Part shown: positions 9,330 through 16,823 of the stretch, piece by piece
How positions within the stretch are numbered: position 1 is the first letter of the stretch
Layout of the letters: every line of letters begins with the position of its first letter
Source of the DNA: Candidatus Eremiobacteria bacterium
Lineage (GTDB): Bacteria; Vulcanimicrobiota; Vulcanimicrobiia; Vulcanimicrobiales; Vulcanimicrobiaceae
DNA: 64,000 nucleotides
Direction: 5' to 3'
Assembly (NCBI GenBank): GCA_963737065.1
Contig: CAVTRC010000001.1
Location: forward strand, 704,001-768,000
Notes under the pieces: generated by a model
What the model was told of the DNA's origin: nothing
The model's database searches: none
The model's input: only the letters and a program-made list of their open reading frames with translations
Translations under genes and position numbers: made by a program

Positions 9330-10957
9330 GCATCCCTGCACCGCTCGTCATGTTTGCGCTCTTCGTCGCCATCGCGCTCGTCATTACGATGTGGGCGGCG
9401 GCGCGAAGTACCTCGAGTCGCGGGTTTTATACGGCGAATCACAAGATCAGCGGCGTGCAAAACGGCTGGGCAATCGCCGGTGATTACATGTCGGGTGCGT
9501 CGTTCCTCGGCATCGCGGGCCTCATCGCATTTTATGGCTTCGACGGATTCCTCTACGCCGCGGGATGGCTCGTCGCGTATCTCGTGGTTCTGTTTCTTCT
9601 TGCCGAACCGTTACGAAACGCAGGTCGGTACACCGTGGCGGACGTTATCGGTTTTCGACTCGGCGGACGCGGCGTGCGTGCAATTGCGGCGCTCACGACG
9701 ATCGCCGTTACGCTGTTCTATATGATCGCGCAGCTCGAAGGAGCGGGTTCGATCGTGAATCTTTTGATTGCGCGTTTCGATGAACCGATCGCGATCGTCG
9801 TCACCGGAATCCTGATGATGATCTACGTGCTCTTCGGCGGGATGCTGGCGACCACATGGGTGCAAATCTTTAAGGCCGCGATGCTATTGATCGCCGGCGT
9901 TGCGCTCTCTCTACTCGTGCTCGTGCATTTCGATTTTTCGTTCGCGCATCTTTTTGCGGCAGCCTCGAACGTGAAACTTCGCACCGGCTCGATCGATCTT
10001 CTTCAACCCGGACACTTCATTACGGGACCGCATGCCGCGCTCGATCTGATCTCGCTCTCGCTCGCACTCGTGATCGGGACCGCGGGGCTGCCGCACATCC
10101 TGATGCGATTTTTCACCGTTCCGTCCGCCGCGGCGGCGCGCACGTCGGTCAGCTGGGCGATGGCACTCATCGGCGTTTTTTACTTGATGACGTCGATTAT
10201 CGGGCTCGGCGCAGCGACGCTCGTCGGACCCGAACACATCGGAAAACACGTCAGCAACGTACAAGCGATCCGGTACATCGCCTATCGCGATCCGCAAAAC
10301 GCACGGCAACTCAACAAGGACCTCGCAAAATACGGGTACATCGTTCCGCGCACCGACAGCAACGTCGCCGCGCCGCTGCTCGGCAACGAGCTGGGTGGAC
10401 AAACGCTCTTCGCGTTTGTCGCCGCGATCGTCTTTGCAACGATTCTGGCGGTCGTCGCCGGCCTCATGATCGCGGCATCCTCGGCGTTCTCGCACGATAT
10501 TTGGTACATGCTCATACGAAACAAGGCGGGCAGCGACCGGGAGTATCTGATCGTCGCGCGGGCCACGGCAATCGTCGTCGGTATCGCAGCGATCTTCTTG
10601 GCCGTGAAATTGCGCGGCGCAAACGTCGCGTTTCTGCTCGGGCTCGCCTTCGCCGTTGCAGCGAGCGCGAACGTTCCGGCGCTCTTGCTCTCACTCACGT
10701 GGCGGCGCTTCACACGAACCGCCGCGATCGCGTCGATGATTACGGGTTTGGTCTCGTCACTCGGACTTATCTTGGCCGGTCCGGACTCACTGCACGAACA
10801 CGCCGTCTTCCCGCTGCGTAATCCCGCAATCGTGTCTCTTCCGCTCGCATTGATTGCCGCCGTCATTGCCACTGTCGTCACCCGCGACAAGCAATCCGAG
10901 GAGATGTTCAATCAATTACGCGTCCGCGCCGAAACAGGTCTAGGCGCCGAAGTCTAA
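9326..10957 (+). CDS. actP: Cation/acetate symporter ActP (SSS family)
   Basis: QNGWAIAGDYMSGASFLG, GGMLATTWVQI, GTAGLPHILMRFFTVP and FAVAASAN motifs. Confidence 0.88.
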   Translation: MSIPAPLVMFALFVAIALVITMWAAARSTSSRGFYTANHKISGVQNGWAIAGDYMSGASFLGIAGLIAFYGFDGFLYAAGWLVAYLVVLFLLAEPLRNAGRYTVADVIGFRLGGRGVRAIAALTTIAVTLFYMIAQLEGAGSIVNLLIARFDEPIAIVVTGILMMIYVLFGGMLATTWVQIFKAAMLLIAGVALSLLVLVHFDFSFAHLFAAASNVKLRTGSIDLLQPGHFITGPHAALDLISLSLALVIGTAGLPHILMRFFTVPSAAAARTSVSWAMALIGVFYLMTSIIGLGAATLVGPEHIGKHVSNVQAIRYIAYRDPQNARQLNKDLAKYGYIVPRTDSNVAAPLLGNELGGQTLFAFVAAIVFATILAVVAGLMIAASSAFSHDIWYMLIRNKAGSDREYLIVARATAIVVGIAAIFLAVKLRGANVAFLLGLAFAVAASANVPALLLSLTWRRFTRTAAIASMITGLVSSLGLILAGPDSLHEHAVFPLRNPAIVSLPLALIAAVIATVVTRDKQSEEMFNQLRVRAETGLGAEV

Positions 10958-11031
10958 CTTCAACGTGCCGCCGGTTCGTTCGGCCGCCGATGCGAAGATT
11001 CCCGACGAATGCGAATAAGAAAAAACGTCAG

Positions 11032-11808
11032 CTAGTGTGACGCGCTCGGCGTATGATCGGTAATCTGGAGACCTTGCGGGCCGTTGACGACGCGAAAGTT
11101 TTCCGTGTATTGGCCGCTCGGCGCCGTCATCGCGGCGGTGACGAAGAACGAGCCGTCGCCGTTTGCCGTCGCTTGTACGTTCGTGACGCGTCCGCCCTTG
11201 ATGAAGTCTTCGGTCGGCAATCCGCTCTGCAAATAGCCTGTCGCGAACGATGATTGACCGTTCGCAAGTGCGGTGAGGTATGAACGAACGATTGAAGCTG
11301 CATGATCGGCAGTCGCCGGACCTGCGATCAATGCGGGTGATGCTGCAGGCGCCGACGTTGGTTGCGGCGTTGCTTCGCGCGTCGGTTTCACGGCCGGCCT
11401 CGGCGGTACGGCGCGCGTTACAGCCGGCGCGGCGGTTGCAGTGGCGGCAGCCGTTGCAGTCGCAACGGCTGCCGGCCTTGCGGTCGTTCTCGGTGACGGC
11501 GTTGCCGTTGCGGCAGGGGTCACCGTCGCGCGCGGCGTCTTCGAGGGCGAAGGCTCCGGCGTCGGCGATGCCTTTGCGACGCGCGTTGCTTGCGGGGTTG
11601 CGCTCGCGGCTTCCGTTGGAAGCGGCGTAAACGTTGGTGCGGACGACGGAACGGCAACGCCGCCACCGCGGCCGCCCAAAAACTTTGCGAGAACGCCGCC
11701 GAGTAACAGTCCCGCGAAGATGACGAGCACGATCAGCGGGAAGATCGGAAGTCCGCCCTTGCCTTTCGGTTCATGGGGCTGCAGTCGGCGCCGGCGATAA
11801 TCGGACAC
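11032..11808 (-). CDS. Membrane-anchored Pro/Ala/Thr-rich hypothetical protein
   Basis: One TM helix, a long PAT-rich linker and a small C-terminal domain. Confidence 0.7.
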   Translation of the reverse strand: MSDYRRRRLQPHEPKGKGGLPIFPLIVLVIFAGLLLGGVLAKFLGGRGGGVAVPSSAPTFTPLPTEAASATPQATRVAKASPTPEPSPSKTPRATVTPAATATPSPRTTARPAAVATATAAATATAAPAVTRAVPPRPAVKPTREATPQPTSAPAASPALIAGPATADHAASIVRSYLTALANGQSSFATGYLQSGLPTEDFIKGGRVTNVQATANGDGSFFVTAAMTAPSGQYTENFRVVNGPQGLQITDHTPSASH

Positions 11809-11814
11809 GAAGAA

Positions 11815-12204
11815 CTATAACCGTTGCGCGACGCCGTCGACGAACTGACGCGGAAGCGCGTCGAAGTGTTCGCGATGCGCTTCCGCGAAGTGCGTCATCG
11901 CCTTTTTTAGCACGCCCGTATTCTCGCGTGCGTACATTACGAGTGCCGCGAGCGCTCGCCCATCGCCGCTTTCTAAATCGTTCAGCGAAGCGTTCGCGCC
12001 TTCTGCAGCGTCTTCGGACGATTCACCGCGGTCGCGGAACGCATCGAAGATGGACGAACGCAGCGCGCAGCGTGCCGCATCGGGCATCGTCGAAACACCA
12101 CCGGCCAATAGCGACGCGAGTTCGCCCTCGTCCATTTTTGCGACGTGCTTCTCAACCGCGTCGACGATGCTCTCGGCGGGCACGTTCCCGAATTGGGACA
12201 TCAC
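11815..12204 (-). CDS. Hypothetical protein
   Basis: 129 aa helical ORF with plausible composition, co-oriented with its neighbour. Confidence 0.65.
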   Translation of the reverse strand: MMSQFGNVPAESIVDAVEKHVAKMDEGELASLLAGGVSTMPDAARCALRSSIFDAFRDRGESSEDAAEGANASLNDLESGDGRALAALVMYARENTGVLKKAMTHFAEAHREHFDALPRQFVDGVAQRL

Positions 12205-12261
12205 GGGCTACGGTACTCCCTCGATGCAGGCGGCTCCTCGAACTGCGCCAAAAGAGACAGC

Positions 12262-12582
12262 GTGATTCGCGTTCGCGTGCCGCTCGATCTGCATGCCGTC
12301 GCCTCCTGTGGCTCGGCGGCGTTCGCGCTTGCCACGCCGTTGCGAGTGCGAGAACTGCTCGCTCTCGCCGTTCGCGAAGCGATCGGTGCGCGCGCGCCGC
12401 ACGATAAATTTCAGCGCAGCATGAAGCGGACGCTGGCGGGTTTAGCCGCAGGCGACTTTACCGTCGACGTCAACGGCCGCCACTTTACCGACGGCGACGC
12501 CGTCGTCGTCTGCGCCGGCACTGCGGACGTTCGCTTTTTCCTCGCGCACCGCCGCAGCGCCGGTATCGAATTCCACCCGTAG
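12262..12582 (+). CDS. Hypothetical protein, possible beta-grasp (ThiS/MoaD-like) fold
   Basis: GTG start after AAGAGA. VRELL...VDVNGR...D...VRFF pattern, with no terminal GG. Confidence 0.5.
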   Translation: MIRVRVPLDLHAVASCGSAAFALATPLRVRELLALAVREAIGARAPHDKFQRSMKRTLAGLAAGDFTVDVNGRHFTDGDAVVVCAGTADVRFFLAHRRSAGIEFHP

Positions 12583-13268
12583 AGCTTCTCCGACGCACGT
12601 TCTCCCACGTCGCTCGTCACGCGCCCTTATACGCGGGAGTCGCTGCGAGTGCGATCGCGCTCCAGTGGCTGATCTATCGCCTCACGCAGGCGCCCGCCGT
12701 CATCTCCACTTCGGGTATCGTCATCGACGCGGCACTCATAACGATCGTCTGCGCCGAAGCGAAAGGCGATGTCGACGACTCGGACGCGGTTGACGTCTGG
12801 GCGCGCGTGCTCGATCGACTGTGGGCCGTCGTTATCGTTGACTTTATCGTGACCTTCGTAAGTTACACCGGCCTCGGAGTACTCTCCGTCGGTGATCTCG
12901 TGGACCGCGTCATCGCCATCCCGATCTTGCTGATTGCTGCCGCAACCGTCTTCGCCGAGGCGATTGCAGTTGTCATCGACGGCGAACAGTGGTGGTTCTT
13001 GGTCGTATGCGCGATCGGCACGAGCGTGCGTACGTCGTGGAACGGTTCAACGTTGTGGCGCGCTATCGTGCTCTTTGCGTTACAGTTCGTTCCAATCACG
13101 GTTGGTGGCGCAGTGGCATCTGCAAGCGCGCAACATCACGTCACGGTGACGTCGTTTTGGACGGACGTTCCGTTGGGTATACTGTATTCAATACCGCTGG
13201 ACGCATTGATCGTACTAGCGTTTTTTGATGCGACGGGCTACGAACCGAAACGCACTTGCGGCGAGTGA
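12570..13268 (+). CDS. Multi-pass membrane hypothetical protein
   Basis: ORF-track protein 12807..13268. The same frame stays open and membrane-like upstream (IPPVELLRRTFSHVARHAPLYAGVAASAIALQWLIY...) with no ATG/GTG/TTG, so the start is uncertain. Confidence 0.6.
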   Translation: MPPVELLRRTFSHVARHAPLYAGVAASAIALQWLIYRLTQAPAVISTSGIVIDAALITIVCAEAKGDVDDSDAVDVWARVLDRLWAVVIVDFIVTFVSYTGLGVLSVGDLVDRVIAIPILLIAAATVFAEAIAVVIDGEQWWFLVVCAIGTSVRTSWNGSTLWRAIVLFALQFVPITVGGAVASASAQHHVTVTSFWTDVPLGILYSIPLDALIVLAFFDATGYEPKRTCGE

Positions 13269-13285
13269 TACGCTAGAGACAGAAC

Positions 13286-14038
13286 ATGGGAGCCCGAGCA
13301 CGCGCAGTGGCCGTTTTGGCCGTCCTTTTGGCCGTAGCACCGGCATGCGCGCGAGCCGATGAAACGTACGCCGTAGCGGGGCAAGACGTCTATCGTATCG
13401 GCGATGCCGTTCCAGAAACAAAAATCGCATATACCGGAACGCAACATCTTTCGGTCGCGCGCGACGGCAACGGCGCGCGCTTTGTCGCTGAGGCGACGTA
13501 CACGCGGACGGACGATTCCGGAAAGTCCACCGTGCACGCGCGATTCGTTCAGCAGATGAACCGCGACGGCAGTTTCCAAGATCGCGTCGACGACGATCCG
13601 GACTTTCTAACGATTTTGAACCAGCCGTTTGCGATCCAACTCGATCCGACGACGATGCACGATCTCCAGCGCCTGCACGGGTCGGTTCCCTTCGAAGCAA
13701 CGTCGCCGCTCGGCGGTGCCCGTCTCCACGGGTTTTTGCGGCCGGCGGGCAAAGGACGCATTCGCAACGTGCCGTCCACGGGTGTGCGCTTCACCGCGCA
13801 GGGACCAATGACCGGCTCGCTACCGCAGCACCCGGAAGACCGGCTCAACGGTTCGATTCGGATGGACGGCACGGCGTACTACTCGCAACGCGACTCGATG
13901 CTCGTCGCCCTCGATGCAACGTTGACGATCGAAGGGAAGCTCGCAAATGACGGCACTGCCGTCCCCGTGCGCATCGTCTATCATCGGACGATACGCGCGG
14001 GTCAAGGCAGTGTCAGTTGGTCGGAAGCTAAACGCTAA
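13286..14038 (+). CDS. Secreted hypothetical protein
   Basis: Signal peptide (AVAVLAVLLAVAPACARA-DE) and a beta-rich mature part. Confidence 0.7.
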   Translation: MGARARAVAVLAVLLAVAPACARADETYAVAGQDVYRIGDAVPETKIAYTGTQHLSVARDGNGARFVAEATYTRTDDSGKSTVHARFVQQMNRDGSFQDRVDDDPDFLTILNQPFAIQLDPTTMHDLQRLHGSVPFEATSPLGGARLHGFLRPAGKGRIRNVPSTGVRFTAQGPMTGSLPQHPEDRLNGSIRMDGTAYYSQRDSMLVALDATLTIEGKLANDGTAVPVRIVYHRTIRAGQGSVSWSEAKR

Positions 14039-14427
14039 AGCGCGCCCACGAGTTGAACTTCGAGCGGATGCCGGAACGGCATTTCGCTCAAATGCGTTAG
14101 TGGCGTAAATGCTAAGTGGTTTTGGTGACAGTCGATCAGCATTTCGATGCCGCGCTTCACGGAGCCCGATTCCTCGACGTACTTTGAGAGCTTCTTCGTG
14201 AAGTAGGTATGCGGATCGTGCAGAACTTTGGCGTAATAGGGGTCGTCGGTTAAGCCTGCAGCGCTAATGCCTTCTTTCGGAACGAGCCAGACGAACCACG
14301 GATCTTGATTGCGACGGTGGCCGATGAGCACGAGGGGTATTGCACGGGCCGAATCGAGATTCGGTAAGAAACTGCACATCGTGTACGCGTCGAATGAAAT
14401 CTCCGTCGGTTCGATCACCTGCTGCAT
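14035..14427 (-). CDS. Hypothetical protein
   Basis: 130 aa ORF with a GAGG RBS. Divergent from the ECF sigma gene. Confidence 0.65.
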   Translation of the reverse strand: MQQVIEPTEISFDAYTMCSFLPNLDSARAIPLVLIGHRRNQDPWFVWLVPKEGISAAGLTDDPYYAKVLHDPHTYFTKKLSKYVEESGSVKRGIEMLIDCHQNHLAFTPLTHLSEMPFRHPLEVQLVGAL

Positions 14428-14469
14428 CGGCGTTCCTCGTCTTCATAACGAATGTGTCCGTGTGCCGTA

Positions 14470-14507
14470 AACAAAAACCGCCGCGTCGCTCGCTGCGACC
14501 GGCGGTT
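14470..14507 (-). terminator. Intrinsic-terminator-like hairpin in the leader of the 14035..14427 gene
   Basis: Minus strand AACCGCCGGTCGC-AGCGA-GCGACGCGGCGGTT-TTTGTTT: a GC stem followed by a U tract. Confidence 0.45.
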
Positions 14508-14678
14508 CCTCGAGATGGTGCGTGCGGCACTTCATGTACCATAGCGCGGTGTTCTCGGACGCGCTCACAGCGCCCCTTCCCGCGGAAACATCCTGAGGGC
14601 CTGATGAGTAAAGCAGAAGCAAGAACTTTTAGCGCCGTGTGAAACCACGCGCGAGCCGGGAGTTGTTTGGTGTGAGGT

Positions 14679-15353
14679 ATGAGCGCGCTCGCACCATTGC
14701 TCCACACGGGAGTATTTGTGCCACCAGCGGTCCAGCAACCGCCGCAACCGCCGTCCGCCCGGAAGGCGGGCGAAGCGGTCCCCAGCGTCGACAATTTCAA
14801 CCGCATCGTCGACGATTATCAGCGGCGCCTCTATGGCTTTGCGCTGCGCATGACCGGCAATCGCGAAGATGCCGAGGAGATCGTGCAGGACGCCTTTGTC
14901 CGCGCCTACCGGGCGCTGGGAAAGATGTCGCTGGAGCAACGTAGCGAGCTGCGCTTGCAGCCATGGCTGTATACGATCACGCTGAACGTCACGCGCAATC
15001 GCCTGCGCAGCAAGCGTCCGGCAAATGTCGCACTCGATGCGCTTGCCGACCCCGACGCGCTGTTGCGCGAATCGAACGAAGGGCCGCCACGACCCGAGAC
15101 CATCGTCGAGCAGAACGCCGAAGTGGCACTGGTCGAAAAAGCGCTGCTTCAACTCCCGATGCACCTTCGTGCAGCGGCGACCTTACGATTCATCGAAGGA
15201 CGCAGCCATCCGGAGATCGCCGAAATTCTCCATCAACCGATTGGAACGGTGAAGTCCCACGTACATCGCGCGGTTCGCATTCTGCGCCGGATTCTCGGCC
15301 CACAGATTGGACGAATCGCACCCGAAGGAGCCGCTCTTCATGCGCTGTCGTGA
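14679..15353 (+). CDS. ECF RNA polymerase sigma-70 factor
   Basis: Region 2 DAEEIVQDAFVRAY...WLYTITLN and region 4 EIAEILHQPIGTVKSHVHRA. Confidence 0.92.
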   Translation: MSALAPLLHTGVFVPPAVQQPPQPPSARKAGEAVPSVDNFNRIVDDYQRRLYGFALRMTGNREDAEEIVQDAFVRAYRALGKMSLEQRSELRLQPWLYTITLNVTRNRLRSKRPANVALDALADPDALLRESNEGPPRPETIVEQNAEVALVEKALLQLPMHLRAAATLRFIEGRSHPEIAEILHQPIGTVKSHVHRAVRILRRILGPQIGRIAPEGAALHALS

Positions 15354-16074
15354 AGTCGAGGAATTATGGGACGAGGTACGCGCCGAATGCAGGGCCTCCG
15401 TCAAAGAAGCCGTCGACGCTCATCTGCGAGCGTGTCCGCCGTGCCAACACCTCTACGAAGAATATGAAGGCATCGCGTATTGCCTGGGGTGTTTGCCGCA
15501 ACCCGATGCGTCGTGCGACTTAGCGAAGAAAGTCGTCGAACATATCGCCGCGATTCGCCGTAAGGATCGCGTAACGCCGATCGTGCTCGCGTCGGTGCAA
15601 ACGCCGATCGGGCGGCTTTATGTGGGATCCAAAGAAGCGCGGATCGCCTATATCGGCGTCGACACCGGTGAGCGGTTTGAAGACGTGCGTTCGCGCATTG
15701 AAGCGCGCTTGCGCCGTCCTGTCATCGCCGGTGAAGCGCCGGCGTGGCTTCGCGAAACGCTGGATCAGTTCTTCAAGACGTGGCGCATCGACGACACGGT
15801 CGTCGACATCGACGATCTCACGCCGTTCGAACAGGCAGCGCTACGCGCCGCAGCAATGATCCCGCCGGGTGAAGTGCGTTCTTATTCGTGGGTTGCCTCG
15901 CAAATCGGCCGTCCGCGTGCCGCGCGCGCCGTCGGGCAGGTAATGGCGCGCAATCCGCTGCCGTTGCTCTTTCCATGTCATCGGGTCGTCGACGCGTCCG
16001 GCGACTTGCACGATTATGGATACGGCTTGGAGATGAAGGCTCGGCTCCTCAAACTGGAAGGCTACAGAGGTTAG
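15340..16074 (+). CDS. zf-HC2 (ZAS anti-sigma) domain fused to methylated-DNA--protein-cysteine methyltransferase (Ogt/MGMT)
   Basis: N-terminal MRCREV...HLRACPPC (HxxxCxxC). C-terminal IPPGEVRSY, AARAVG, NPLPLLFPCHRVV and KARLLKLEG. Start overlaps the end of the sigma gene. Confidence 0.9.
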   Translation: MRCREVEELWDEVRAECRASVKEAVDAHLRACPPCQHLYEEYEGIAYCLGCLPQPDASCDLAKKVVEHIAAIRRKDRVTPIVLASVQTPIGRLYVGSKEARIAYIGVDTGERFEDVRSRIEARLRRPVIAGEAPAWLRETLDQFFKTWRIDDTVVDIDDLTPFEQAALRAAAMIPPGEVRSYSWVASQIGRPRAARAVGQVMARNPLPLLFPCHRVVDASGDLHDYGYGLEMKARLLKLEGYRG

Positions 16075-16103
16075 GTCCGGTCACCTCGTAAAACACTACG
16101 AAG

Positions 16104-16823
16104 GTGGCAAAACGTGTCCTCATCGCCGGCTTCGAACCGTTTGGCGGCGAAAAAATCAACCCCGGTGAAATGGTCGCGCGTAGTCTGGAAGGGCGAACGC
16201 TAGCGGGCCGGCCACTCGCCGTGCGCATCATCCCGGTCGAGACCCGTAACGTTCGCGAGCGCTTCGAGCGCGCGCTACTCGAGACCGATCCCGATATCGC
16301 GATCGCGCTCTCTCAATGCGCCGGGCGTACGGCGCTCTCATTGGAGCGCGTGGCGGTGAACGTCCTGGATTTCGAGCACCCCGACAATGTCGGCGTCATG
16401 CGCAAAGCCGATGTCATTTCGCGCGGCGGTGCCGACGCGCGCCTTTCGAATCTGCCATTCGATCGGATCGTCGATGCATGGACCGCGCGCGGCGTTCCGG
16501 GGTACGTCTCGAACTCGGCCGGCACGTTTATCGGAAACCAGGCGCTTTACGAAATGCTCGGCTTGACGCAACATGCGACGCCGCCCGTCGCAAGCGGCGT
16601 GGTCCATTTGCCGTATCTTCCTGCGCAAGCAATTGCGGCCGGAAGCGAATCCAATCCCTCGATGACGCTCGAACTGATGAAGAAGGGCGTTGAAACGCTG
16701 ATTGAAACCATCGTGGCGTGGGTCGAACAGCGGACGCCTGACGCGCCGAACGTCCGCGAACCGGGCAAGTCTGCGACGTGGATCCCGCGCGGTGTACGCG
16801 GTGTAAAGGAAGTAGAACGCTGA
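16104..16823 (+). CDS. pcp: Pyroglutamyl-peptidase I (C15) homolog lacking the canonical catalytic Cys
   Basis: GFEPFGGEKINP, ERVAVN and HLPY are present. The SAGT(F/Y)xCN motif reads SAGTFIGN. Confidence 0.8.
   Translation: MAKRVLIAGFEPFGGEKINPGEMVARSLEGRTLAGRPLAVRIIPVETRNVRERFERALLETDPDIAIALSQCAGRTALSLERVAVNVLDFEHPDNVGVMRKADVISRGGADARLSNLPFDRIVDAWTARGVPGYVSNSAGTFIGNQALYEMLGLTQHATPPVASGVVHLPYLPAQAIAAGSESNPSMTLELMKKGVETLIETIVAWVEQRTPDAPNVREPGKSATWIPRGVRGVKEVER

Noticed and set aside
14586..14646. Possible hammerhead ribozyme (CTGATGA at 14601 with GAAAC on both sides)
   Set aside because: Stem II cannot close with the required pairing in either permutation, and stems I/III are not evident.
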